Of a stretch of DNA of 64,000 nucleotides, positions 12,312-24,605 are shown in pieces. The stretch's first letter is position 1. Every line of letters begins with the position of its first letter. Source of the DNA: Callorhinchus milii (taxonomy: Eukaryota); the NCBI RefSeq assembly GCF_018977255.1, contig NW_024704742.1, positions 89,840,001 through 89,904,000 on the forward strand, in the 5' to 3' direction. Position numbers and translations under genes: made by a program. The notes beneath the pieces were generated by a model that was not told where the DNA came from, did not search any database, and saw only the letters and a list, made by a program, of their open reading frames with translations.

Positions 12312-12414
12312 AGGGGAGGGGGAGGGGGAGGGGGGGCGGAGGGGGAGAAGCATTATTTCCGCCTTTGTTCAAAACAAACTTTTAACTTTAAGTTTAATAT
12401 CGACTGAAGAGGTT

Positions 12415-13435
12415 CACCCCCCACACCCCCCCCACACACTCACCCCACACACTCACACACACACTCACCACACACACACACACACTCACCCCCACACACA
12501 CTCACCCCCCCACACACTCCCCCCCACACACACCCCACACACACACACCCACACACACACACCCCCCCCACACACACTCACCCCCACACACACTCACCCA
12601 CACACACCCACACACACACACCCCCCCCACACACCCACACACACACACACACCCACACACTCACCCACACACACACACACACTCACCCCCACACACACTC
12701 ACCCACACACTCACACACTCACACCACACACACACCCCCACACACTCACCCCCCACACACACACACCCCCCACACTCACCCCCCCACACACACTCACCCC
12801 CACACACTCACCCCCCCACACACACTCACACCCCACACACTCACCCCCCCCCCCACACACACACCCCCACACACTCACCCCCCCCACACTCACACACACA
12901 CACCCACACACTCACCCCCCCCACACACACACACCCCCCACACACTCACCCCCCCCACACACACACACCCCCACACACTCACCCCCCCACACACACTCAC
13001 CCCCCACACACTCACCCCCCCCACACACACACACCCCCACACACTCACCCCCACACACACCCCCACACCCTCACCACACACTCACCCTCACCACACACTC
13101 ACACACACTCACCCCCACACACTCACACCCACACACTCACCCCCACACACTCACCCTCACCACACACTCACCCTCACACACTCACACACACTCACCCCCA
13201 CACACTCACACCCACACACTCACCCTCACCACACCCTCACCACACACTCACACACACTCACCCCCACACACACACACTCACCCTCACCACACACTCACCC
13301 TCACCACACACTCACCCTCACCACACACTCACACACACTCACCCCCACACACACACACCCCACACCCCCCCACCCCCACACACACTCACCCCCTCCCCCA
13401 CACACACTCACCCCCCCCCCCACACACACCCCCAC
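12415..13435. repeat. About 1 kb complex C/A-rich low-complexity repeat, (CACACTCACCC)n-like, in HAUS6 intron 1
   Basis: Almost G-free array of CA, CTCA and C-runs. Confidence 0.9.
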
Positions 13436-13869
13436 GGCGCGATTCTTCTGGATTTGTACGCAACTCTGTTGTGTTTGTTTGTTTGTTTGGATGACTTGTG
13501 CTGTTAACTCCCCAGTATTTCTTTTAATGTTTTTTATTATTCTAGAAAAAATGGCTTCCATTTCCTCCTCCCTCCAGACACACACACACCCCCCCCCCCC
13601 CCCACAAACAAATACACACTCATCTCCCAAATTTGTTTGTGAAGGAGAACTCCTTCTCTTGACTGGTGTTTCAGAGACAGATGACCCCGGCCCCCCGCCA
13701 TGTTATATGTGCTGCAACGCTGGACAGCTTCTTCTGAAATGCTGTGCTCTTATGTCCAGCGCCTCCGGACAGAGAAAGGCACTATTAGAAATGTAATGTT
13801 GTTGTTCTGTAGTGGCAATTTGGCCAAAAGCAAAACCCTTACGCCTGCGCTCGCTGTAAGAAACACGTT

Positions 13870-14020
13870 TAATAATAATCCTTGCGTTTGGTATCATGGC
13901 TTCGAGACGTCTCAAAGCGCTTCACAGTATACGCTGTAAAGTGTAGTGACTTGTGTGTTTTGTGGGTGAAACGTGGCAGCCAATTGCACACAGCAGTGTC
14001 CCACAGTCGGTCGTGGGTTG
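13870..14020 (-). mobile_element. Deu-domain SINE 3' half
   Basis: aataataatccttgc...ggcagccaattgcacacagcagtgtcccac. Confidence 0.7.
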
Positions 14021-14677
14021 AGTGACCGAAGTATTATTATGGAGTGATTGTTACCCAATGGACCAACGAGTGGGTTCCTACTTACTTGTTGGTAAACCGG
14101 AGTGTGTGTGTGTTCCTGCCCGGGAATCGAACCCAGGTCCTTTCATTTACAAGGCGAACAATAACGTGTTCCTATTTGATAAAGCGCCTTATCAAGTCAT
14201 CGAGACATCTCAAAACACTTCACTGGATGTGATTGGCTGTATATTTTTGTGGGTCACACTTAAGGATCAGTGAAAAGCACAAATTGTTTACCAAGACCCT
14301 TCCCCCCCTCAACTCTTACGAATGGTTACTTAATACAAAACCATTGCACTGAAAGAAAAGCTGTCGCTGCGCTGAGTGCCCAGCTAGAGTACAACTGGTT
14401 AAAGGACGATTTGGAGGGCACGTTAGTTTCCCACCCTGAATTGCTTTTTCCCTCTTTACTGTTGTTTTCTGCTGCTTTACCAAATAGCTGTGTTTAATGT
14501 TTGACTGTGAATGTCAATAATTCGGCTGTAAATTGTGCCTTTGCCGACCATTCATACAAGTGTTCAGGAACCTTAATTAATTTTTTACCCACAGTAGTGT
14601 TGGAGCTGTCCAACAATCAGAAGTGTTGGACTCCTGTCTCTACCCACCCCACTCCCATTGAATTTTATGCTGATCTG

Positions 14678-15052
14678 GGAGTACTGTAGCTCAGTGGTTA
14701 GAGCAGTCGCCTCACAAGCGAAAGACCTGCATTTGATTCCAGGCAGTGCGAAATGTTGGGCAAGTTTCCTTACTCCACATGCCTCTGTTTACCTCGCAGT
14801 AAGTAGGAACCTGGTTGTTAGTCGACTGACTGATCGCTTTCCGGGGTAATAATTAATTCAAAAAATAATAATAATAAATTTGTCACTTCAACCCACGACT
14901 GTCTGTGGGACACTGCTGTGCACAATTCACTGCCATGTTTCGCCCATAAAATATACTGTCAATTCACTTTACAATATATGCGGTGAAGCTCTTCGAGACG
15001 TCTCAAAGACGAGATAAAGTGCGATATCAAATGCAAGGATTATTATTATTAT
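14678..15052 (+). mobile_element. tRNA-derived Deu-domain SINE (full length)
   Basis: A and B boxes, body, and a tatcaaatgcaaggattattatt tail. Confidence 0.85.
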
Positions 15053-15993
15053 TGCATTGGAAGCACTTGCCTATGTTGGTAGCAAACTTACCTCACTTGT
15101 ACTAATCAGAAGCCCCATTTCAGAATTTTGAACTTGCCGAGGCTGACTCTCCAATACAGTCCTACAAAGGTCGACATTGTTGGTGGTCTGTCCTTCAAAC
15201 GAGACAAACTGCAACAGTAACAACTTGCACTTGTATAGCACTCTCCACGCAGGGTAGCGCCTCAGAGCGATTGACAATGGTGAAGCCTGACTCTGAGCCG
15301 GGGGAGTGGGGAGGTGGCCGTAAGCGCGGTCGAAGAGGAAAGTTTTCAGGCGAAATTTGAAAGAGGGTTTCTGCAACAGAAACGTCTGGACAACAGACAA
15401 GATCCTGTCTTTTGTTCAGGTTGATGTTAAAGATCCCATGACACAGGTCAAAGAGAAAGAAATTTCTCCTGGTGTTCTGGCCTATGGTACCCTAGATAAA
15501 GCTTCATTTGCTTCATGGCTGTTTGTGGGACATTCTAGTGCACATTGTGTTTGCCTACGAATGGAGTCACATCCTTTTGAAGTAAAATCCTGTGCAACAC
15601 TTTGGATGATTCAATATATAGAATACAAGCCTTATTACATATCTGACTATGGATGTACCAATTGACTTGCTTCTTTGTGACCCAGCACAAGGCTCTACAT
15701 TAGAAGAACAGTATTCTGGAAATTGATGAAAACAATGCACTGTTTTCTGAGCCTTGTGACATACTTCACTTATGTAGAAGCATAATTTTCTGATGTTAAA
15801 TATTGTGTTTCCCGGTATCAGTAATTTGGAAATTGTGACAAATAAAAGCAGGACTTTTCAATGATGGTCTAATACAGGGACTGCACACTTGCGACCTGCG
15901 GACTGCATTACGCACGAGTAGAATAGTCACGCAAGTTGGCTTCCTGGTCTAGAACACAGCCTGTGATAAATATCTTCATCTTTCTTCAATCAG

Positions 15994-16089
15994 GAATATG
16001 TTTGACAAGCCAAACATGGATGCATTTCAAACTGTGGCACATTACTTATTTGTGATGTTGGATCAAACCCGTTCCAATTCTCTATTCAG
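15994..16089 (+). CDS. HAUS6: HAUS6 exon 2
   Basis: NMFDKPNMDAFQTVAHYLFVMLDQTRS. AG/GT flanks, phase 2-2. Confidence 0.93.
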
Positions 16090-16530
16090 GTAAGCATGAG
16101 TGATTTTCACCTGTTTAATATCTACTTCTCACCCCACCCTGATTCCTCTGGATTTGTACTCAACTGTGTTATACTTTTGTCAATACACCAATATTTCTTT
16201 AATGTTGTGAAAGACCCATGTCTCCCATACGATAGGGTGGGTGTACGGATTAGAGAGCAGGGTAGAATGAAAGCTTGTCCACTGATGGAGGAAGTGACAC
16301 AGAGGATTGCAGTGCAAGGCTGTCGAGGGGTTTGAAAGTGATGATGTCAATCTAGAATTTGATGCACTTCAATTAGTGGAGTGCTGCATCTTTCATTTTG
16401 ATGGTCTTTGAACTGCTTTTACTTTTGCTTTATCCTTTTCAACCTTGATGTATCACATTTATATTAAAAAAAGCTGCATAGTATTTGACATTTAAGAGAA
16501 ACATTTTAATTTTGTTCCCCTCCATTCTAG

Positions 16531-16609
16531 GGATTGCTGGCCTATTTATGATAAGAAAATGGCAGTTGTCTTTAGAAAAGCGTGTTATGAGTGGCTGAAG
16601 AAAATTGCG
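16531..16609 (+). CDS. HAUS6: HAUS6 exon 3
   Basis: DCWPIYDKKMAVVFRKACYEWLKKIA. AG/GTAAGT flanks. Confidence 0.93.
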
Positions 16610-17369
16610 GTAAGTGGGACATTCCTGTCCAATTTCCAATAGTGTAGATTTATCAACAAGAAGAAGATTACATTTGTATAGCACCTTTCACGTTGGGAGG
16701 ACGTTCCAAGGCACTGGACAGATTGCAGCATTTCAGACCCGAGCTGGGGTCAGGGAGGGAGAAAGGAGGGGAAGGGGGGTGACCGATGGCATGGTTGAAG
16801 AGGAGGGTTTTGAGGCGGGACTTGAAGGAAAACTAATTAAGAACTGAAATGGCAGCTTGTCAACTGATCTTCACTTTTTTTCATAATTTCTAGTTCATGA
16901 AACAATATTCCCTGAATAGACCTTTAATTTTTTATTTGTATTAAATTGTAGAACATTGTCTTTTGGTTCCCTAGCTGATAAATTGCATTATGTGAAACTA
17001 TTGGAGTAGTATGCCAAAGCTGGTGGCAAACAAGCTTGACAATTCATTTCCATTACTGTATTTCAAGTTGTCATTTAAAAAAAATTGAACTTATCAGAAA
17101 TAATAGTTTACTGAGTCGTTAAGGTGAACAAGTCTTGTTTATTATTTGCTCTTTGTGGGGCATTTTGATTTGGTTTTACACAGGCTGTTTTGTAGCTTAC
17201 TAACTGTCTCAAGTGTGGTATTTGTTTGCCACTTTCTCTCCACTCTTGCCACCCCCCCCCCCCCCCCCCCCGCCTATCTATAATCAAAAGCTATACCTGA
17301 AGGTAATACAAAACATTGTTGTGTTGTCGTAATGGAAGGAATTCCATTTGCTATTGCTTGATGCTGGTG

Positions 17370-17910
17370 AAAGTTTGGGGTGGCCGAAGGCATGGTCAAA
17401 GAGGAAGGGCTTTAGACAGGACTTGAATGAGACAAGAGAGTCGGCGAGGTAGAGGGATTACGGGATAGAGTTCTAACGTGTGGGGGCCAGAGATACTGAA
17501 TGCCTGACCACCAATGGTGGGGTGGGAAGTGCGGGGGACTTGAGGGAGCGCTCAGACTGATATGGGGTTTGGAGGTTGGAGAGGTAAGGGAGAGCAAGAT
17601 CATGGAGAGCTTTGAAGGTGAGAATGAGGATTTTGAACTTGATTCTCTTGAGGGATGGGTAACCAGTGAAGCCGGGCAAGAATGGGTTGGTCTGTTCGCA
17701 GAGCCTGGTGCAGGAGAGGGCATGAGCTGCAGAGTTCTGAATAATCTGCAGCTTGTGGAGGGAAGAATTAGCAAGTCCAGCGAGCAGGCAGTTGGCGTAG
17801 TCCAGCTGGGACATGATGAAGGCGTGGATGATATCTCTAACTTGCTCGGCCCACCATCGGCATCTGTGCTTTTATCCCACTGCACCTCAAACTTCTGGAA
17901 CTCCTTGCCC
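17370..17910 (-). mobile_element. L2 LINE fragment (with short inverted piece)
   Basis: Minus-strand ORF SQLDYANCLL...[10 protein letters not shown]. Confidence 0.75.
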
Positions 17911-18206
17911 CCAAGGAGCAGGAGTAACCCATTCAGCCCCTCAAGCCTATTAGATCATGACTGATCTGTACCTTAAACTCCATTTACATGCCTTTGCTCC
18001 ATATCCCTTGATACCCATACCTAACACAAATCCATCGATTTGAGTGTTGAACATTTGAATTGATCCACCAAGAATAACCTTTTTGTGGAGTTGAGATGCA
18101 TTCATAGAAATGAGACCCATACCTATTGGTTATTGTATACTATTATTATGTTATAAAATTGTCAAATGATTTCATGTACTTGACTCACGGCTTTTTTCCC
18201 TTACAG

Positions 18207-18339
18207 GATAAAGTTGGAAGCACTTTTCCTCAAGTTGTGGCTTCTTTGTTTCTTTCTCCTGGAGGTCCTAAGTTTATTAATCTCATGTACCATTTTTCAA
18301 AATATGTGCTTATTCAAAAATATAATGAGAAAGCTGCAA
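18207..18339 (+). CDS. HAUS6: HAUS6 exon 4
   Basis: [30 protein letters not shown], a highly conserved HAUS6 N-terminal motif. Confidence 0.96.
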
Positions 18340-18781
18340 GTAAGTAAACTTTTGTAAAACAATCTAATACAAGAGTATTGTTATATTTAATAATAATCCT
18401 TGCATTTGATATAGTGCTTTATCAAGTGCTGAGATGTCTTAAAGTGAATTGACATTGTATAAATGGAGACCATCTTGGTGAAAATTTACACCAAGGTGGC
18501 CTCCATTTATGTAATGTAGGTGTTTTATTTGAAAGTTTTGGATAAATATTTGCTCACATTCCAAAATAAAATTGTCAGGCTGACTCCTTTGAAAATGGTG
18601 GCAGTGAAATGTCAAATACCCTGTTGCTCATTTATTTTAGAAACAGGTTGGAATTGAATTAAAATCCTAACTGGGGCAATAATGGCTATTGGCCATTTTG
18701 GCTCCCCGCACGCTAATTTGTTTTTCACAGAGAGACTTCCCACTGTAAATGATCTCAAGGTGCAGCACCCACCCAATACAA

Positions 18782-20127
18782 TACAAAATTAAATTTGTAT
18801 AGCGCCTATCATGTCGGGAGGACATTCCAAGGTGCTGGACAGCCAGGGAGTTGAGATCAGGGAGAGTAGGAGGATGGCCAGAGGCGTGACTGAAGGGGAG
18901 GGTCTTGAGATGTGCCTTCAAGGAGGCAAGGGAGGCAATGAGGCAAAGGGAATGTGGGATGGAGTTTCAAAGGGTGAGGGGTCAGAGAGGCTAAAGGCCT
19001 GACCGCTGATGGTGGGGTGGGCTGAGAAAGGGACGTGGAGCAAGCTGCAGCCTGCTGAGTGGACAGGTTGATATGGGCGTAACAGGTTACAGAGGTAGGA
19101 AGGAGCAAAGCTGTGAAGGGCCTTGAAGATGAGGATTTTAAACTATCCTCTGGGGCATGGGGAGCCAGTGGAGTTGGGGGAGGTTGGGGGTAATATGGTC
19201 ATGGAGCCTGGTGTGGGCGAGGACATGAGCTGCAGAGTTCTGGATGATCTAAAGCTTGTGGAGGGAAGAGTTGGGAAGGCCGACAATCAGGGAGTTGGCG
19301 TAGTTGAACCTAGATATGATGAATGCGTGGATGAGGGTTTTGGCGGCCTGAGAGGTGAGGCAATGGCGGAGCCAGATGATGTTGTGTAGGTGGGGGGAGG
19401 CAGAGCAGATCATGGCTGTGCTAGAAAGGACAATTGAGGGTCAAACACGATGCCAAGGTTCCAGACTGGTTTAGTGAGGTGGAGTGTGCATTCATGGAAG
19501 GTGATGCTGTCAGCGCCTGAGATATGGAGTCGCTGATGGGAGCCAATCAGGAGGGCCTCAGTCTTGTTGATGTTTAACTGTAGAAAGTTAGCTTTCATCC
19601 AGGACTTGATGTCTAACTGACATTCTGTCAGGACAACCGTGGTCTGGAGAGAGATAGTTGAGTGAACCTGCCCCCGTGTCTGCAGATAATAACTTATCCT
19701 ATCACCCCCATCTTTGCCCAACTCCACTGGCTTTCCATCACACAGAGGATACAGTTCAAGATCCTGGTCCTCACCTTCAAAGCCCTCCACGGTCTTGCTC
19801 CCTCTGACCTCCTAACGCCCTACCACCCTGTTCGCTCCCTCTGCTCAGCGGCTTCTGGCCTGCTTCACGTCCTCCACCTTGCTCACCTCACTATCAGCGG
19901 GTAGGCCTTCCGCCACTGGACGCACCCTCTGGAACTCTATCCCGCAGTCCCTCCGTCTCACCCTCTCCCTCGCCACCTTCAAGACCCTCCTCTTTGACCG
20001 TGCTTTCGATCTTCCTGCTTCCCCTCCATCCACCCCGACCCTCAGCTCAGGTCCGCAACTCTGTCTGTCCAGCTCCTTGGAATGTCCTCCCGACGTGAAA
20101 GGGGCTATACAAATATAATTTTGTTGT
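18782..20127. mobile_element. Two L2 3' fragments joined back-to-back (minus about 18782-19660; plus about 19670-20127)
   Basis: Both carry the L2 3' tail pointing outward. The RT motif WMKANFLQLNINKTE is on the minus strand. Confidence 0.8.
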
Positions 20128-22546
20128 AGAAGTAGGCAATTTTTTAGAAGCTAAAATGGATGACTTCTAGACCCATCAGTTCATTGCATAGTCACACCTG
20201 TGTAAGAAGCCTTCAAACAATTTGAAGTGAGTTGGTTAGGGAAGTGACTTGCTCCCGTTGATGAGACTCTGGCTTAACTTGTCATTCCCATCCTGGCAAA
20301 ATCTCAGCCACTTCCCATGTAAAATGTTAATAAGGGACTAATCACATTCTTTAAGTACATACCTCGGACATCTTGTCCTATAAAATGGAGTCTTGTATTC
20401 TGTGACTGGTGTGGGCGCCTGGCGAAAGTGCATGCTCGGTTGGATGCATCGCAGAGGCCTCTGGTCTATTGGAGGGTTGGGTTGTGGCTTCCTGTCCTCC
20501 ATCCACTTGCTCTGTACCAATATGCATACCTTGCAATGCTGTGGAGCAGTGAAATCTTTGTGGCCTTTTTAAAAATAGTTTTAGTCTGTGGTTTTGTGAA
20601 ATGGATATTCGTGTTGCTTAGCACTTGTTAATCTTTTTCATACTCTTGTAAACTCCAGATAATTCTTTGCTTAGCCCTTTTCCCTCAGAGTGATGAGTTT
20701 TCTGGAGTGGAGAGTTGGGCAAAGGTCCTTCTGACCACAAGAGGGCGCAGTGAGCACGCAAATTGCACTTGGTATCCATTTAGTAGATAAAGGCGAATTG
20801 TTTACCATTCTTAAAGCCAGTTATCCGTTTATCCTAATTAACTATACTTTTTGGATCCTGCTTACCACATGTATCTCAATCTTCCCTGTCTACACAATGT
20901 AATTTAATTAATGTTCTACAGTCAGACAGTACTTCTTGCAGAGTAAGCAATACAATTCAAAGTGTTTATTTATTGTAGGATACTATATAAATGCAAGTCA
21001 TTGTTACTAACTATTTCATATCAGTAAAAATAGCAAATGTCTTTTCCCCTTTACCCTATTGATGGATCAATTACATTTTGAGAGTGTTCCAGAAGCTGAA
21101 TGGTATTTTGTTGTGAATACTAATTCCAAAAACCAATTCAGTTCCAAACCAAAGAATCCTGCAGTTCTGTAACTGTGAAACCTAGAAACACATTGTTTGA
21201 ATATAGTAGCCAAACATTTGAGAGACCATTCCAATTGCTTCAGCCAGTAACATTGCTCAGCTTTGTAAGGGTTGCACAGAGAAATTTGGTTAATTGAACA
21301 ACAGATTATTGAATAGAATTTAGAAATCCCAAACCATGTGCATGCCTAATCTAAGAATATAGATGGCTAATTGAATGCCCGCTGTATGAATAATTTAGTT
21401 TATTAAAACAATCTTCCCTGTGATCATTTGTATATAAAAAAATGATCTGAGTCCCATATCACTACCTTGTACAGTGAATGTCATTGTTGTCCTCTCCTCC
21501 TTCCTCCTCCCCTTGCTTCACTCCCCAGAGATGTTGCTGTCGATTGGTTAGTTGGTTAGTTTTAAGTGCTCTGAGACGCTAACCCATGTGAAGGGTGCTG
21601 TATAAATGCAAGTTTATATTAAAAAAAACACAACTCATTTTGACTAAATCATTTTTAACTTATTTTGAAGTTTAACTAAACACAACTTATTTTGCCTTTC
21701 GAATTAAAGGCACTCTGGACTCGGATGTGCATATATAAGATTTTTGAATATATTCATCATTTATTTCTGCTTTGTTTCCTTTTCTTTAAAAAAATCCAAG
21801 CATTGCATATAGATGTGCAAGTTGGGCCATCTGTGAGGAAGCAGTTTAAAACTGCCAAATCTCTTCCAAAATCCTGTGTGAATATCTGGTTGCCTGAGAG
21901 GGTGTAGAGTCTGTAACCTTGGCGCTTTTTTCTCTTTATCCTGATTTTAATATATAATTTCGAAACCTGGTTGTTGTCGATTGGCAGATCGCTTTTCCGC
22001 AGAAAATAATCCCTTTAAACGAATAATTAATTTGTGCCGCATTTCACCCACAAAACATACAGTGAATTCACTTTGCAGTATATTCTGTGAAGTGCTTTGA
22101 GACGCCTTGAAGACGGGATGAGGCACTATCCTGTAGCCTCGCTGGTGTCCCCCTCCCCCCACCTCCAAAATAACACCTAGTTTATGTTAAAGAAGTAATT
22201 CATTTTTTTTGCAACAATCTAATATGTGTTATTTCCTTATGTTTAGTTTTTATCAGCTAATGTAGGTTGGTAATAAAATGTTTCTCAACAGCGCCAATCA
22301 ACTCCACGCAATTTTCCGCAAAATGAGTAAAACTCCCTACAATTTTAGTAATATTTCTGCACATTTCTATTGGCTTAGGTGATAACTAAAGTATGCTTGT
22401 TTCTAATTTTGACATGTGTGCTTGTCAATCAGGTTTTACCCAAGGAGAGAAACTGAAGTGGGGTGGGAAATGTCGGACATCAACGTATGCATTATGTTAC
22501 TAGTTTGTTGGTGGGCGTTACGTTGTATTTGGAGGCATACGGGCGT

Positions 22547-22888
22547 GGAGTCCTGTAGCTCAGTCATTAGAGCACACGCCTCGCAAGCAAGAGATCTGGG
22601 TTCAATTCCCAACAGGGCAAAATGTTGGGCAAGTTTCCTTGATCCACATGCCTCAGTTTACCTAGTAGTAAGTAGGAACTCGGTTGTTAGTCGATTGGTG
22701 AATCGCTTTTCCAGGGGTAATAATTCCTTCAAAAAAAAAATGGGTCACTTCAATCAACGACTGTTTGTGGGACACTACTGTGTGCAATTGGCTGCGTTTC
22801 ACCCACACTTAACAGTATATTCTGTGAACTGCTTTGAGACGTCTTGGAAGACATGATAAGGCGTTATATCAAATGCAAGGATTATTAT
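22547..22888 (+). mobile_element. tRNA-derived Deu-domain SINE
   Basis: ggagtcctgtagctcagt head and family tail. Confidence 0.82.
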
Positions 22889-23156
22889 TCTTCAATGTTG
22901 GAGAGCTGTTTTTCCGGTTGGTAATGTGGAGATTGCATGAATGCAAAATTGTGTGTATACACAAAAATCTGCATGGAAAATTGATTGGCACATGTGTGTA
23001 TGCTGTAGGTGAGTTTATTTACAAACCAAGACTTGTAGATTAAAGTTTCGCTGTTGAAACATGCCAGTTGATTGGTCCATGTTGCGCATGATAATTTAGC
23101 GAGATAACTTGATTGACAGATCTTGTAGGTTGCTAACTTTCTTCTTAAACAAAAAG

Positions 23157-23304
23157 GAAAGAATTCCTGGCTACCCATTGAAATGAGCGGAAAGCAACAA
23201 AATCTCCATTTGGCAGCAATGAAAAGTTGCATTGCAAGCAACCGTTTTTTAGAAGGAATTCAGAAGGAAGCTTTTGTTGTTGGGGAGTATCAAAAAAAGG
23301 AAGA
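23157..23304 (+). CDS. HAUS6: HAUS6 exon 5
   Basis: KNSWLPIEMSGKQQNLHLAAMKSCIASNRFLEGIQKE...EYQKK. Phase 1-2 fits neighbouring exons. Donor GTAAGT. Confidence 0.85.
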
Positions 23305-23329
23305 GTAAGTATGTTGTATTTAAATCCTT

Positions 23330-23595
23330 TTACCATTGGCAGGAGAGCCTTCAGCCACTCGATTCCCAATCTCTGGAATTCCATCCGCCAGTCACTCCAC
23401 CTCGCACCCTCCTTAGCCTCCTTCAAGTCCCGCCTCAAGACCCTCCTCTTCGACCATGCCATCGGTCACCCCCCCTTCCCCTCCCCTCCCTTACCCCCCC
23501 CACCCCAACCCCGGCTCGGGCCTGAAATGCTGTCCAGCGACTTTGGACGTCCTCCTGACGTGAAAGGTGCTATACAAATGTAATCTTGTTGTTGT
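23330..23595 (+). mobile_element. L2 3' end
   Basis: TIGRRAFSHS..PNLWNS followed by the L2 tail. Confidence 0.8.
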
Positions 23596-23767
23596 ATCCC
23601 AGAATTCTATTTATTGGTAATAACGTCGCTTTCATGTGAACTAAGTTATAGTAGAATATAAAGGTATGCTTTCTTTGTTGCACTTGTATTGAAGCAAGAA
23701 AAAATACAAGACAATGTTACCTTTGTTTAAATGAATTTTTAATAGATTTGTTTGGATTTGTTTCTAG

Positions 23768-23833
23768 ATTATTGGTGAAGGAAAATAAAATTTTAAGGAA
23801 ACCGAGTTCTGAACAGAAACATTGTCTGGAAAA
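23768..23833 (+). CDS. HAUS6: HAUS6 exon 6
   Basis: LLVKENKILRKPSSEQKHCLE. 66 nt, phase 2-2, AG/GTAAGA flanks. Confidence 0.8.
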
Positions 23834-23898
23834 GTAAGATTTCTACTTTTTCATAAGCACTATTTTGGGATTACTCATTGCTGGACCTCACTTAAATG

Positions 23899-24157
23899 TT
23901 TTCTCTTTGACCGTGCCTTCAGCTCCCCTCTCGACTCTCTTCCCCCTCCTCGCTCCCTCCCTTCCCTCCCCCTGACCATTTCCCCCCTCCTCGCTCCCTC
24001 CCTTCCCTCACCCTGACCATTTCCCCCTCCTCGCTCCCTCCCTTCCCTCCCCCTGACCATTTCCCCCCTGCTCGGGTCATGACCCAACTGTGGAGCGCTT
24101 TGGGACGTCCTCCTGACGTGAAAGGTGCTTTATAAATGGAATCTTGTTGTTGTTGTT
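23899..24157 (+). mobile_element. Young L2 3'UTR fragment with internal tandem repeats
   Basis: Three copies of ctcctcgctccctcccttccctc...ctgaccatttcccc. Near-identical to 41683-41910. Confidence 0.75.
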
Positions 24158-24317
24158 GAAGCATGTAGATGAGGTACTTCAAATGCAAAGGTTTTTTTTT
24201 GGTCAGATGTATCCCACCTACACATGTAGATTCCAGAGGCATTTGTTGGAATGCAATACACACTGTTTCCCTGGAAGGATGCATCCTATTTACTAATTTC
24301 AGAAAGTATTTGGTCCA

Positions 24318-24605
24318 AGTTAGCAAGAGCCAAGGCTTGGGCACCCCAGAGTGTGTGTTTGGGTACCGCTGTAGTCTTTAACTAACTAAAACCACATAGC
24401 CTGCGATTTGAGAGCACTGCCTGGCAAGCTTTCCTGATGCTTGTGCAGGTAGGACCACCCTACTTGTTAAAGCATTGGCTGCCAGGGTTAACGAGAGCTG
24501 AGTGCAAAGAGTCCCTGCTCCTGGTGCTTGGTCTGCCCTTCCAAGTCCTGCTGGTGAGCCAAACTAGTTGTTGCTGTCATCAGCAGTGCCCTAGAGCAGC
24601 TACAA
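24318..24605. repeat. Unclassified interspersed repeat (copy 1)
   Basis: Reverse-complement homolog of about 60120-60400. Confidence 0.6.

Noticed and set aside
12004..13494. 496-aa His/Thr/Pro-rich ORF
   Set aside because: It is read-through of a stop-free C/A low-complexity array. The real exon 1 is in a different frame and splices at 12250.
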